NCBI GenBank assembly: GCA_964487665.1
Contig: CAZARR010000003.1
Coordinates: forward strand, 6,998-70,997
DNA: 64,000 bases
Source: an uncultured Pseudomonadales bacterium
GTDB taxonomy: Bacteria > Patescibacteriota > Microgenomatia > UBA1400 > MFAQ01
Reading direction: 5' to 3'
Shown here: positions 9,534-19,278 of the stretch, one piece after another
Numbering within the stretch: position 1 is the first letter of the stretch
Layout: the number at the start of each line of letters is the position of its first letter
Made by a program: the position numbers and the translations under genes
The notes under the pieces: generated by a model
Databases searched by the model: none
Told to the model about the DNA's origin: nothing
The model's input: only the letters and a program-made list of their open reading frames with translations

Positions 9534-10823
9534 TCAGTCGAGAAATTTGTTGTAATTGTGCATAACTAACTGAGATTGTAGCGACTTGAGCACTTCAAGT
9601 ACAACTGAGATAACAATGAGGATACCGGTACCACCAATGGATAGGGTGGTTACGTTTGTCAGACGGGAGACAAGCGACGGGGCAACAGCAACCAGACCAA
9701 GAAAAACAGCTCCGGCTAAAGTGATCCGGTTGATAACAAAGGACAGATAATTGGCAGTTTGTTTACCTGGGCGGATTCCGGGAATAAAGCCGCCGTGTTT
9801 TTTTAGTTCATCAGAGATTTTCTCACTGTTAAATACAATAGCGGTATAAAAAAAGGTAAAAGCGACGATGAGCAGGAAGTATAGAAAATTGTAAGGGAAA
9901 GAGTTGGGGGATAAGTATTGACCCATTAGCCTACCGAGGTTGGCAAGAAACGGCTGGGAAGATACCTTGAGGGCATTTGATAGAAATCCAGGAACCAACA
10001 TTAGAGAAACCGCGAAAATAATCGGAATTACCCCGGACTGATTGAGACGCAAAGGTAGGTAGGTGGCATTGGTGGGCGAATTGTTGGCGGTGCGGCGAGC
10101 ATATGTAATCGGTACTTGACGGGTGGCTTCGGTAATCTTGACCACAAGAAATATAAGAAGAATAGCAAGAACTACAAAAACTAAAAAGCTAGAAAAGTTG
10201 GTAGACTCGACAACAGAAGCGGTTTGGGCTAGCGACACTGGAAGACGAGAGACTATGCCGGCAAAGATAATTAGACTTGAACCATTGCCTAAGCCATAGT
10301 CAGTGATAATTTCGGAAAGCCACATTAGGAAGACAGTTCCGGCAAGCAGGGTGACGATGACAGTCAGAAGACGGGTGGGATCGGAAAGAGAGATTAGATG
10401 TTGGTTCTTGAGAAGCATGATTAGACCGATTGATTGAGCTATTCCCAGTGGGATGGTGAGAAGTCGAGTGTATTGGGTTATCTTTTGGCGACCGAATTCT
10501 CCTTCTTTGGATAGCGCCTCAAGGCTGGGAATAACCATCGTAAGCATTTGGATGATTATCGAGGCGTTGATGTATGGCCCAAGGGCCAGGGCCATAATAG
10601 AAAAGTTAGCCAAAGTGCCTCCCGAAAAGACATCTAGGAGAGAAAGAAATTGTGAGGAGTTGAATAGGTTTTGCAAGGCAGAGTGGTCAATTCCTGGAGC
10701 GGGTATGTGTGCGCAAAGGCGAAAAATAGCGAAAACAAACATAGTTACAAATAATCGGCGGCGTAGTGATTCGACTTTGAGAATGTTACGGATGGTGGCG
10801 AGGGCAGACCCGATCAATTGCAT
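9534..10823 (-). CDS. secY: Preprotein translocase SecY
   Basis: 10-TM SecY sequence; located after rplO as in spc operons. Confidence 0.9.
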   Translation of the reverse strand: MQLIGSALATIRNILKVESLRRRLFVTMFVFAIFRLCAHIPAPGIDHSALQNLFNSSQFLSLLDVFSGGTLANFSIMALALGPYINASIIIQMLTMVIPSLEALSKEGEFGRQKITQYTRLLTIPLGIAQSIGLIMLLKNQHLISLSDPTRLLTVIVTLLAGTVFLMWLSEIITDYGLGNGSSLIIFAGIVSRLPVSLAQTASVVESTNFSSFLVFVVLAILLIFLVVKITEATRQVPITYARRTANNSPTNATYLPLRLNQSGVIPIIFAVSLMLVPGFLSNALKVSSQPFLANLGRLMGQYLSPNSFPYNFLYFLLIVAFTFFYTAIVFNSEKISDELKKHGGFIPGIRPGKQTANYLSFVINRITLAGAVFLGLVAVAPSLVSRLTNVTTLSIGGTGILIVISVVLEVLKSLQSQLVMHNYNKFLD

Positions 10824-11254
10824 TTGCCCCCGGCGGCTTCAATTAGTACCTTAGCAGTTTGACTAACGGGAATTTTTACCTTGAGGGCTCTATCCACTTT
10901 ACCACGGACGACGATTTTGAGGCCTCGGCTTGTTACAGCACTAGGTGAGAGGCGCAGCATCTTGGTAATCGAATTCGCGTCAACAAGACTACCCTCGCGA
11001 AATTTGGTCAAATCGGCAAGCGAAATAAGAATCGGCTTTGCCTTGAGAGGCTTGAACCTATTTTTGCCTTTGATAAAGGGGGTGCGGCGAATGAGCGGAA
11101 GCTGACCGCCTTCAAACCAGATGGGTACTTTGTTGCGGACTTTTTGGCCTTTGTTTCCTCTTCCGGTGGTGTGCATACCCTTGCCACTGCCAACCCCGCG
11201 ACCGACACGTTTTTTACCTTTGGTAATGATTGAAGGTAGATTACTTAGATTCAT
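10814..11254 (-). CDS. rplO: 50S ribosomal protein L15
   Basis: KKRVGRGVGSGKGMHTTGRGNKGQKVR. ATG start at 11254 (MNLSNL); the track start at 11275 is GTG. Confidence 0.85.
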   Translation of the reverse strand: MNLSNLPSIITKGKKRVGRGVGSGKGMHTTGRGNKGQKVRNKVPIWFEGGQLPLIRRTPFIKGKNRFKPLKAKPILISLADLTKFREGSLVDANSITKMLRLSPSAVTSRGLKIVVRGKVDRALKVKIPVSQTAKVLIEAAGGKCN

Positions 11255-11741
11255 ATTTTTTGTGCAACTGATCACGCTTGTGACCCATTACTTCAATTGC
11301 CCGCATGGCTTTGAAGGTGGCGAAAACGTTACTCATTTTGTTTGAACCTCCCAAACATTTGGTTACAATGTTCTTGACTCCGGCCATTTCCACGACGGAG
11401 CGGACAGCCCCACCGGCAATAACTCCGGTCCCCTGGGGGGCAGGGCGAAGCATGAGTCGGGCGCCTTTGAATTTTTGATTGATTGGAAAGGGAATGGTAC
11501 CGTCCTTGAGGGGAATTTGAACCATGTCTCGCCTGGCCAAGCGACTAGCTTTTTTTATGGCGGCGACGACGGTAGGAGCCTTGCCTAGACCAACACCAAC
11601 CTTCCCCAACTTATCCCCAGTTACCACTAAGGCAGTAAAGGTAGGACGGTTACCGCCTTTGGTTTTTTTGTTGACTCGACGGATTTGGATGACCTGGTCG
11701 TTATTTGACTCTGGTGCTCGGTTTCTATTGGTTGATTGCAT
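11241..11741 (-). CDS. rpsE: 30S ribosomal protein S5
   Basis: S5 dsRBD and C-terminal domain ([17 protein letters not shown] ... [16 protein letters not shown]). Directly followed by L15 with no L30 gene. Confidence 0.9.
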   Translation of the reverse strand: MQSTNRNRAPESNNDQVIQIRRVNKKTKGGNRPTFTALVVTGDKLGKVGVGLGKAPTVVAAIKKASRLARRDMVQIPLKDGTIPFPINQKFKGARLMLRPAPQGTGVIAGGAVRSVVEMAGVKNIVTKCLGGSNKMSNVFATFKAMRAIEVMGHKRDQLHKKYESK

Positions 11742-11757
11742 GGAGTGTGATTATATA

Positions 11758-12090
11758 TTAAAACTTGAGGCCACCTTCGCGAGCTGATTCGCAAAAGGCT
11801 TTGACTCGACCGTGAAAGCGAAATCCGCTCCGGTCAAAATACACAACAGAAATTTTAGTCTGTTTTGCCTTGGCAGCAATAATTTCTCCTATCTTTTTGG
11901 CACTATCAATTTTACTCTTGAACTTCTCTTTGAGACTTTTTGTATCAGCGCTAACGAGGGTCAGGGAACGCGTATCGTCAATAATTTGAGCGAATAGGTG
12001 CAAGTTCGAACGGTAGAGTGACAGACGATATTTATGGGGATTAAGAGCCCTTAATTTGGTTCTGATTCTTTGTACTTTACGTGTATTCAT
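11758..12090 (-). CDS. rplR: 50S ribosomal protein L18
   Basis: L18 sequence; position between L6 and S5. Confidence 0.85.
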   Translation of the reverse strand: MNTRKVQRIRTKLRALNPHKYRLSLYRSNLHLFAQIIDDTRSLTLVSADTKSLKEKFKSKIDSAKKIGEIIAAKAKQTKISVVYFDRSGFRFHGRVKAFCESAREGGLKF

Positions 12091-12099
12091 ATGTTTAGT

Positions 12100-12648
12100 T
12101 TATTTTTCGGCTCCTTTGGTGGCTTTACCCGCTTTGATCCTGACGCTTTCACCAGAATAGCGGATACCCTTGCCTTTGTAACTTTCTGGTGGCCTGAGTG
12201 ATCGAATATTCGCGGCAACCTGGCCGACGAGATGTTTGTCTATACCCTTGATAAAAACTATATTGTTTTTTTCAACTGAGAATTCGATTCCCTTGATCAG
12301 TTTGAACTCAATGGGGTGGGAAAAGCCCAGAGAGAAGACTAGGTTACCACCCTCGAGTTTCACCCGATAACCTGTGCCGACCAATTCCAACTGCTTTTCG
12401 TAACCTTTACTCACACCAATAATTGCGTTTTGCACCAGGCTTCGAATCAGTCCATGAAGTGCCTTGACTTGAAGATTGTCGGAATTGCGCGAAATCTTTA
12501 TTAAGTCTGACTCCTGGGTGAGCTTGATGCTTTTGGGTAAATCAACAAAAAGACTACCTTTGGGGCCAGTAACAGTAACTCTATCCGAGGCGGGTTCTAG
12601 TTTTACTTCGGGTGGAATTCTGATAGGTTTTACTCCGATTCGGCTCAT
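12100..12648 (-). CDS. rplF: 50S ribosomal protein L6
   Basis: MSRIGVKPIRIPPEVK..; start at 12648, just after the S8 stop. Confidence 0.85.
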   Translation of the reverse strand: MSRIGVKPIRIPPEVKLEPASDRVTVTGPKGSLFVDLPKSIKLTQESDLIKISRNSDNLQVKALHGLIRSLVQNAIIGVSKGYEKQLELVGTGYRVKLEGGNLVFSLGFSHPIEFKLIKGIEFSVEKNNIVFIKGIDKHLVGQVAANIRSLRPPESYKGKGIRYSGESVRIKAGKATKGAEK

Positions 12649-12649
12649 G

Positions 12650-13042
12650 TTACCAGACTGTACAAATAAGCTCACCACCGAGGCGCATTTTTATTGCTTC
12701 TCTTTGTGTCATCAATCCTTTGGATGTGCTAAGAATAACCACACCCACATCGGATGGGGTGCGGGGAATGTTGTTCCAAGATACGTAGCTACGAACCGAC
12801 GGGCGACTAAGGCGCTTTATGCCCGAGACAGCCGGTTGACCATCAAAATATCTAAGAGTGAGGTGAAGTTCACGGTGAGGGGCGTCGCCAGAGCCACTGG
12901 TCGAGGATTCGAGGAAGCCGGATGTTACCAAAAGGTCGGCGATACGGGCATTAATTATAGAATGCGGTAATGTTACGCTGTCTCTGCGAGCTAGATAGGC
13001 ATTGCGGATGATAGTCAAAAGGTTGGCGATAGAATCGGTCAT
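12650..13042 (-). CDS. rpsH: 30S ribosomal protein S8
   Basis: MTDSIANLLTIIRNA.. S8 signature; start at 13042. Confidence 0.85.
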   Translation of the reverse strand: MTDSIANLLTIIRNAYLARRDSVTLPHSIINARIADLLVTSGFLESSTSGSGDAPHRELHLTLRYFDGQPAVSGIKRLSRPSVRSYVSWNNIPRTPSDVGVVILSTSKGLMTQREAIKMRLGGELICTVW

Positions 13043-13046
13043 GGTG

Positions 13047-13232
13047 TTATTTTGAGCATTTTTTAACTCCTGGAAGTTCCCCCTGGTGAGCCAGTCGACG
13101 AAAACACAGACGACAGATGCCGAAGAGACGCATATAACCTCGGGGACGTCCACACATCTGGCAGCGGTGGTGATCACGCGTCGAGTGACCCTTTAAACGA
13201 TTGTGTTTGACTAATTTACTTGTTTTTGCCAT
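13047..13232 (-). CDS. rpsN: 30S ribosomal protein S14 type Z (zinc-binding)
   Basis: 61 aa with CxxC-x12-CxxC ([20 protein letters not shown]). Confidence 0.9.
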   Translation of the reverse strand: MAKTSKLVKHNRLKGHSTRDHHRCQMCGRPRGYMRLFGICRLCFRRLAHQGELPGVKKCSK

Positions 13233-13238
13233 AAATGT

Positions 13239-13781
13239 TTACTTTGCAAAAGGCATGCCCAGAGCTGTCAGTAAAGCCCTTGCCTGCAGAGGATCTTTGG
13301 CTGTGGTTGAAATACTAATATTGAGGCCAGTAATCTTGCCGATTTTATCATAATCCACCTCCGGGAAGATAATTTGTTCGGTAAGACCAAGATTATAATT
13401 CCCTTGTTTATCAAAGGCGGTATTTTTAACTCCCTGAAAGTCTTTGACCTTGGGTAGGACAATCGTTACTATTTTCTGGAAAAAATCATACATTCGGTCT
13501 CCTCGAAGGGTGACTGATAAACCAACAATTTCCCCCTCGCGAACGTTGAAACTAGCAACGGAGATACGAGCTTTGGCAACTTTGGGTTTTTGGCCGCTGA
13601 TTTGAGACAGCCAACCTTTGGTTTTTTCGAGTAATTCTTTTTCGCTTTTGTATTCCCCGGAAGAGACGCTAATGGAAATTTTGCTAAGTTTGGGGACGGA
13701 AAAGATATTAGGGAGTCCTAACTCTTCTTTGATCTTTGGCCTAATTTCCTGTTGGAACCGTAGTGCTAGTGCGTTTTTCAT
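13239..13781 (-). CDS. rplE: 50S ribosomal protein L5
   Basis: L5 sequence (NVREGEIVGLSVTLRGDRMYDF). Confidence 0.9.
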   Translation of the reverse strand: MKNALALRFQQEIRPKIKEELGLPNIFSVPKLSKISISVSSGEYKSEKELLEKTKGWLSQISGQKPKVAKARISVASFNVREGEIVGLSVTLRGDRMYDFFQKIVTIVLPKVKDFQGVKNTAFDKQGNYNLGLTEQIIFPEVDYDKIGKITGLNISISTTAKDPLQARALLTALGMPFAK

Positions 13782-13783
13782 GT

Positions 13784-14110
13784 CTATTTCTTTTCTTTGG
13801 GTAAGCTAATAACTCCTGAACATTTTTTGCATATTCTCACTTTAGCTTTGCCCACACCCTCAAAACCAACCCGGGTGGTCTTTTTGCAATTTGGGCAGAC
13901 AAGGGCAATTTTGGCAACATTCAAAGGCCGACTGAGTGTCGCAATTTGACCAGAGCCACCCGATCTAGCCTTTTGATGCTTTTTGTAGGTATTTTTCCCT
14001 TCGACAATGAGACTGTGCCTCTTGGGAAAGGTAGCGATCACTTTACCGGTTTGGTTTTTGTCCTTGCCGATAATGATAGTAACGGTGTCGTTGACTTTGT
14101 ATTTGAACAT
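13784..14110 (-). CDS. rplX: 50S ribosomal protein L24 (KOW) with C-terminal four-Cys zinc-ribbon variant
   Basis: KOW motif IIIGKDKNQTGKV; C-terminus CPNCKKTTRVGFEGVGKAKVRICKKCSGV. Confidence 0.85.
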   Translation of the reverse strand: MFKYKVNDTVTIIIGKDKNQTGKVIATFPKRHSLIVEGKNTYKKHQKARSGGSGQIATLSRPLNVAKIALVCPNCKKTTRVGFEGVGKAKVRICKKCSGVISLPKEKK

Positions 14111-14114
14111 GTTT

Positions 14115-14489
14115 TTATAAAACTTCAGGCGCTAATGAGGCAATACGGGCAAATCCTGCGTCTTTGACCTCGCGGGCTACCGGACCAAATATTCTAGTAC
14201 CTAATGGATTCTTGGTGGCAATTCCATCGATAATGACAGCAGCATTGTCGTCAAAACGGACATAGCAACCGTCTGAGCGAAGAGTCTCTTTGCGAGTCCT
14301 GACTATAACAGCCTTGACAACTTGTTTATTTTTGACCATGCCATTGGGTTCTGCACCTTCTACTGCAGCCGTCACGACATCGCCACAATAACCAAAGGTC
14401 TGACTTGATCCCTTGTGGACATGAATGACTCGTAGCGATCGGGCTCCTGAGTTGTCCGCAAGTTTGAGCATGGATCGTAGTTGAATCAT
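14115..14489 (-). CDS. rplN: 50S ribosomal protein L14
   Basis: MIQ...LKLADNSGA.. L14 signature. Confidence 0.9.
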   Translation of the reverse strand: MIQLRSMLKLADNSGARSLRVIHVHKGSSQTFGYCGDVVTAAVEGAEPNGMVKNKQVVKAVIVRTRKETLRSDGCYVRFDDNAAVIIDGIATKNPLGTRIFGPVAREVKDAGFARIASLAPEVL

Positions 14490-14495
14490 GATAAC

Positions 14496-14729
14496 TTAGT
14501 TGTTTATAACTTTGGCAACTTTATAAAATTTATTCTTACTGATTGGCTTGGTCGGCTCGATGGAAACCCTGTCGCCTACTTTGGCTCCCAAGTCGTTGTG
14601 AACCAGGAATTTTTTATTGGTTTTGACTCTTTTTTTATATTTTGGGTGAAGCCTGAAATGAACAACTTCGACCGTGACTGTCTTGGTCATCTTGTCGCTA
14701 ATAACTGTACCGGCTAAACGTCTAATCAT
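14496..14729 (-). CDS. rpsQ: 30S ribosomal protein S17
   Basis: S17 OB fold; start overlaps the rpmC stop as ATGA. Confidence 0.9.
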   Translation of the reverse strand: MIRRLAGTVISDKMTKTVTVEVVHFRLHPKYKKRVKTNKKFLVHNDLGAKVGDRVSIEPTKPISKNKFYKVAKVINN

Positions 14730-14878
14730 TTTTTATCAGTATTTTCAGTTAATAGTTGGGCAATTTTTTTCTTGGTCTTTTTGTGGGCATTAGAGTCCTT
14801 TTGTTTACCAGAACGAATATCCATGCGGATAAGGGCGAGTTCATTTTTTAGGTCGATAACGGACTTGGTGGTACTCAT
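14726..14878 (-). CDS. rpmC: 50S ribosomal protein L29 (50 aa; absent from the ORF track because it is under 60 aa)
   Basis: Manual translation gives MSTTKSVIDLKNELALIRMDIRSGKQKDSNAHKKTKKKIAQLLTENTDKK, which is L29-like. ATG at 14878 overlaps the rplP TAA by 1 nt; TGA at 14726-14728 overlaps the rpsQ ATG. Confidence 0.75.
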   Translation of the reverse strand: MSTTKSVIDLKNELALIRMDIRSGKQKDSNAHKKTKKKIAQLLTENTDKK

Positions 14879-15285
14879 TATTCTTTGGATACAAATCTAG
14901 TAGAAACAGATAATTTATGGCTAGCTAACCGAGTTGCTTCTTGAGCAATACTCTTTTTGATTCCTGTAAGCTCGAATAGCATTTGTCCTGGTTTAACTAC
15001 CGCGACATAAGAGGACACGTCTGCTTTTCCCGAGCCCATACGGGCCCCGGCAGCTTTTTTCCCAATTGGTTTGTGGGGAAAAACACGAGAAAAAATCTTC
15101 CCAACTCTTTTGGTGTGATGAGCAATGGTGCGGCGGGCAGATTCAATTTGGGCGGCACTAACCCAGCCGCAAGCGGTTGATTTGAGCCCGAATTCGCCAA
15201 AAGATAACTTGTTTCCCCGGTTGGCAACGCCACCCATTGTCCCACGGAACTCTTTACGATGTTTACGACGTGCTGGCTGTAACAT
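14878..15285 (-). CDS. rplP: 50S ribosomal protein L16
   Basis: MLQPARRKHRKEFRG.. L16 signature. Confidence 0.9.
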   Translation of the reverse strand: MLQPARRKHRKEFRGTMGGVANRGNKLSFGEFGLKSTACGWVSAAQIESARRTIAHHTKRVGKIFSRVFPHKPIGKKAAGARMGSGKADVSSYVAVVKPGQMLFELTGIKKSIAQEATRLASHKLSVSTRFVSKE

Positions 15286-15301
15286 GTTATTTTATATTTA
15301 A

Positions 15302-15952
15302 CTATTCGACAATTTCTCCGGTATATATCCAGACCTTGACGCCCACGTTTCCGAAGCTGGTCATGGCTGGACAATTGTAATAATCAATATTGGCTCGGAG
15401 AGTCTGGCTGGGAACCTGACCTTCTTTGTAGACCTCGCGTCGGGCGATTTCGGCTCCGCCTATTCTACCAGATAGTTGTATTTTTATTCCTTTTGCCCCG
15501 GCCGTCATAACTTTTTCAATAGCCTGGTTGACCGCTCGGCGGTGTGGGTAACGGTGTATTATCTGGCCAATAATGCGGTCTGCGACAAGAACGGCTGAGA
15601 GATCCGGAGCTTTGACTTCGATCGGGTGAATATTAATTTTCGTTTGTTGTTTGGTATCTTTGTTGTGGATCAATTCTTCCAGGCTTTTTTTTAGCTGCTC
15701 AAGACCGGAACCACCACGGCCGATAACTACGCCCGGGCGAGAAATATGAATGTAAAGCTCTAGACTGTTGATGGATCTTTTGATTTCGACTTTGGTCAAA
15801 CCGGCGTTGAAGAGTTTATCCTTGATGAATTTTCTGATTTTGGCGTCCTCGAGAACGTAAGCGGCATACCCCCTTTTGTCTGCGTACCAAACGGATTTGG
15901 TGTCGAAGATGATTCCCGTCCTAAAGCCTGTGGGGTGAATTTTGTGTCCCAT
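15302..15952 (-). CDS. rpsC: 30S ribosomal protein S3
   Basis: KH domain and S3 C-terminal domain. Confidence 0.9.
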   Translation of the reverse strand: MGHKIHPTGFRTGIIFDTKSVWYADKRGYAAYVLEDAKIRKFIKDKLFNAGLTKVEIKRSINSLELYIHISRPGVVIGRGGSGLEQLKKSLEELIHNKDTKQQTKINIHPIEVKAPDLSAVLVADRIIGQIIHRYPHRRAVNQAIEKVMTAGAKGIKIQLSGRIGGAEIARREVYKEGQVPSQTLRANIDYYNCPAMTSFGNVGVKVWIYTGEIVE

Positions 15953-15955
15953 AGA

Positions 15956-16303
15956 TTATTTTTTGGTTGATTGATCTTTCAACTTGATAACAATGTGTGA
16001 GGTTGGTCGCTCGTAAAGTCGTCGACGTCCCCGGCCGGCGAATCGGATTTTCTTGTTGTTGGCCCCCTTGGTGGCATATGCTTCGCTAACAATTAGATTG
16101 CTATTATTTTGTTTGGGGTCAGATTTGGCATTTGCAATGGCTTGCCTGAGAACTTTGGCTAGATAAGAAGCTGCTCTTCGGGGTGAAAATTGCAGATGAA
16201 CCAGAGCCCTGTCAACACTTTTTCCACGAATCGAAGAGGCGACTAAATTTATCTTGCGGGGAGATTGGGGTGAAAAACTAGATTTTGCGAGTGTGGTTGG
16301 CAT
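15956..16303 (-). CDS. rplV: 50S ribosomal protein L22
   Basis: L22 sequence; position between S19 and S3. Confidence 0.85.
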   Translation of the reverse strand: MPTTLAKSSFSPQSPRKINLVASSIRGKSVDRALVHLQFSPRRAASYLAKVLRQAIANAKSDPKQNNSNLIVSEAYATKGANNKKIRFAGRGRRRLYERPTSHIVIKLKDQSTKK

Positions 16304-16312
16304 GAGATGCTG

Positions 16313-16594
16313 TTAGGTTTTGCTGATAACGCGCTTGGTAACTTTTCCATGGCCACGGAATGTGCGGGTGGGGGAAAATTCTCCCAGCCGGTGGCCGACC
16401 ATGTTTTCACTAATAAATACTTCTTTAAAAATCTTGCCATTGTGAACAAGAAAAGTTAGACCGACAAACTCCGGGGAAATTTGGGATGATCGAGCCCAAG
16501 TCTTTATCGGTTCTTTTTTGCCCGCTTTCTTGAGCCTTGCTATTTTTATAAGCAGTTTGGCGTCTACATATGGGCCTTTTTTTGTGCTGCGCAT
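16313..16594 (-). CDS. rpsS: 30S ribosomal protein S19
   Basis: KKGPYVD ... [16 protein letters not shown] signature. Confidence 0.9.
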   Translation of the reverse strand: MRSTKKGPYVDAKLLIKIARLKKAGKKEPIKTWARSSQISPEFVGLTFLVHNGKIFKEVFISENMVGHRLGEFSPTRTFRGHGKVTKRVISKT

Positions 16595-16597
16595 GTT

Positions 16598-17362
16598 TTA
16601 CCTAGATACTTTGTTACTTTTAATGATGTATTTGTTTGAGTACTTTTTGCGTTTACGAGTTTTTTTGCCCAGAGCTTTTTTACCCCATGGGGTTTTGGGG
16701 GCTTTCATACCTATTCCGGATCTACCTTCACCCCCTCCGTGTGGATGAGAACGAGGATCTTGAGCTACTCCTCGGACGGTAGGACGAACACCCATAAGGC
16801 GATGTCGGCCGGCACTGCCAATTTTTTCGTTTTTGTGGTCGGGGTTGGTTAGAGCACCAATGGTTGCCCGGCAGTCAGGGTTGATAAAGCGGAGAACACC
16901 GGAGGGTAATTTGATAATAATTTTGTCTTCCTCTTTTGACTGAACCAGTGCGAAGTTACCTGCTGAACGCGCGAGTTGGGCGCCCTTACCAGCCTTGATT
17001 TCTACACAATGAATTGGTGTGCCAACGGGAATATTTTTCAGTTGGCAACAGTTCCCAGGGCGAATTTCGGCAGCAGGAGAAGATATCAGCCAGTCCCCTT
17101 CTTTGACCCCTTGTGGGGCGAGAATGTATGTCTTGAGACCATTTTCGTAAACTAAAAGTGCAATATCGGCAGTGCGGTTTGGATCGTATTCGATACTTGC
17201 CACTCTGGCCTTGATATCGGTTACGTTTCTTTTCCAATCAATTTGGCGAAGGAATCGTTTTTGACGTCCACCTTGTCCGCGTACCGTTATTTTACCAGAA
17301 GAGTTTCGGCCAGAGGATTTTGGGTTGATTTTGAGTAGATTTTTTGGGATCGATGTGGACAT
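16598..17362 (-). CDS. rplB: 50S ribosomal protein L2
   Basis: PHGGGEGR signature; start MSTSIP at 17362, adjacent to the rplW stop. Confidence 0.9.
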   Translation of the reverse strand: MSTSIPKNLLKINPKSSGRNSSGKITVRGQGGRQKRFLRQIDWKRNVTDIKARVASIEYDPNRTADIALLVYENGLKTYILAPQGVKEGDWLISSPAAEIRPGNCCQLKNIPVGTPIHCVEIKAGKGAQLARSAGNFALVQSKEEDKIIIKLPSGVLRFINPDCRATIGALTNPDHKNEKIGSAGRHRLMGVRPTVRGVAQDPRSHPHGGGEGRSGIGMKAPKTPWGKKALGKKTRKRKKYSNKYIIKSNKVSR

Positions 17363-17363
17363 G

Positions 17364-17648
17364 TTATTTTTTGATGTTGAATAGTTCAATTGTTTGCTTG
17401 TCTTTGAGCTTGACTAGAGCTTTTTTTGAGGCTGGTAAGTTACGATACCGGCCAGTTCGGCGCTGGCGGACCTGACGCTTTGGGAGTCGTTGGGTTTTGA
17501 CATCGGTAACGTTGACCTTGAACAAGGACTCAACGGACTCTTTGATCTGATGTTTGGTGGCTGCGAGACGGACCACGAATGTGAAGACTCCTTTTTTTGC
17601 ATTGGCCAGGCTCTTTTCGGTAATTCGAGGTTTAATTACTGAGTTCAT
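17364..17648 (-). CDS. rplW: 50S ribosomal protein L23
   Basis: L23 sequence; order L4-L23-L2. Confidence 0.85.
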   Translation of the reverse strand: MNSVIKPRITEKSLANAKKGVFTFVVRLAATKHQIKESVESLFKVNVTDVKTQRLPKRQVRQRRTGRYRNLPASKKALVKLKDKQTIELFNIKK

Positions 17649-18301
17649 TTTTGTGCACTAATACTTTTGACCAATCTATTTTGGAGCTCTTCGAAAGCAC
17701 TTTGGGTAAAAATAACAGTGTCGGCTCGGAAGATTTGATAGGTATTGGCTCTAATAACGTTAACAAGGCTGGTCTTGGAAAGATTGCGAAATGAAAGTTG
17801 GAGGTCCTTTTTGTCGCGGGGCGAGAACAGGAGGTCGATTGAACGCCCTGACCGGCCGGTCTCTTTTAGAATTGCTTGGGCAGTCTTGGAGCTCGGTCTG
17901 GAAAAATGGGATGTGTCGAGAATGAAAAAGCGACTTTTTTCGGCCTTGTTTTTCATAGCCATACAAAGGGAAATAATACGCTGGTGTCGTGAAAGTTTAA
18001 GTGGCATGGGGCGGATGCCACTTGGCCCGTGGGCAACGCCGCCACCAACAAATATGGGGGCTTTACGCGAACCGTGCCGGGCGTTTCCTGTTCCCTTTTG
18101 TGCATATACTTTTCGAGTGGTGCCGACTATTTCACTGCGTCTTTTGGTTTTTTTTGTCTTTTGGTGTGAGTGGTCTTGGTAGTAGCGGATGGCCTGTGCG
18201 AAAGCCTTGGAAGAAAATTCGATAGCACAAATTTCTTTGGCAAGCTCCTGTTCTTTTTCTGTTGAGCTTTTGGGGATTATCGGGACAAAATATTTTTTCA
18301 T
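17645..18301 (-). CDS. rplD: 50S ribosomal protein L4
   Basis: QKGTGNARHGSRKAPIFVGGGVAHGP signature. Confidence 0.9.
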   Translation of the reverse strand: MKKYFVPIIPKSSTEKEQELAKEICAIEFSSKAFAQAIRYYQDHSHQKTKKTKRRSEIVGTTRKVYAQKGTGNARHGSRKAPIFVGGGVAHGPSGIRPMPLKLSRHQRIISLCMAMKNKAEKSRFFILDTSHFSRPSSKTAQAILKETGRSGRSIDLLFSPRDKKDLQLSFRNLSKTSLVNVIRANTYQIFRADTVIFTQSAFEELQNRLVKSISAQK

Positions 18302-18915
18302 TTACTTTGAGGAAGAGTTATCTTGGTAAGACTGTTACGACCGCCTGGTGTGGTTCCTTTAAGAACGAGTATGTTTTTTTCTTTGTCGAAATCTAGGATG
18401 GATAGCGTTTTGACTGTGGCAGTAGTATTTCCGAGGTGCCCTGCCATCTTTTTGCCTAAGACCACTCGCCCTGGGGTGGTTCTTCTCCCGAGAGACCCTG
18501 GGCCACGATGTCGGTCTGACTGACCGTGGGTTCGGGGCTGTGTAGCGAAACCCCAGCGTTTGATCCAACCACCAAACCCTTTGCCCTTGGAAGTAGCAGT
18601 AACTTTTACCAAAGTGTTGGGGGTTAGCAATAGAGAGATGTCGACTCCTGCAAGTTGTTCGGGGGTTGGGTTGGTTACTGTTGGTGACTGTTTAAAAATT
18701 CTGGGGGTGAAATCAAGTTTAAATTTGTTGATCAATCCTTGAATGGGTTTGCTGGCCTTTCTTTTTTTGGTACCGATGGCCAGTAAGACCGCTGACTCAC
18801 CGACGGGGACTATGGCCCGATGGGTGGGGACAATAAAGCAAGTGACAGGAACGCGACGTCCATCGACGAAACGTTGTTCCATGTGTGATTTGTAGGCGTA
18901 TATGTATTTGATCAT
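18298..18915 (-). CDS. rplC: 50S ribosomal protein L3
   Basis: L3 sequence (GKGFGGWIKRWGF ... QSDRHRGPGS). Confidence 0.9.
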   Translation of the reverse strand: MIKYIYAYKSHMEQRFVDGRRVPVTCFIVPTHRAIVPVGESAVLLAIGTKKRKASKPIQGLINKFKLDFTPRIFKQSPTVTNPTPEQLAGVDISLLLTPNTLVKVTATSKGKGFGGWIKRWGFATQPRTHGQSDRHRGPGSLGRRTTPGRVVLGKKMAGHLGNTTATVKTLSILDFDKEKNILVLKGTTPGGRNSLTKITLPQSK

Positions 18916-18949
18916 CGTCTTTGTGGCACCAGACTTTGGTAACCATAGG

Positions 18950-19267
18950 CTACATTTTTATTTGAATATCCACACCTGCGGGTAGATCGAGGTGCTGTAG
19001 AGAGTCAATAGTTTTGTTGGTCGGCATAATAATGTCGATAAGTCGACGATGGGTACGAATCTCAAAGTGTTCCCGAGCGTCTTTGTTTATATGAGGACTA
19101 GTCGTGACAACTATTGATTTTTTCTTGGTTGGCAGAGGAACCGGACCGACGACTTGAGCTCCGGAGACTAAAGCAGTTTGGATAATTTTGTTGGCTGTTT
19201 CGTCAATTACCCTATGATCAAACGACCGGAGCTTTATTCTAATTTTGGGAGTGTTGGTTCCGGCCAT
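18950..19267 (-). CDS. rpsJ: 30S ribosomal protein S10
   Basis: [15 protein letters not shown].. S10 signature. Confidence 0.9.
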   Translation of the reverse strand: MAGTNTPKIRIKLRSFDHRVIDETANKIIQTALVSGAQVVGPVPLPTKKKSIVVTTSPHINKDAREHFEIRTHRRLIDIIMPTNKTIDSLQHLDLPAGVDIQIKM

Positions 19268-19278
19268 ATGGTACCATT

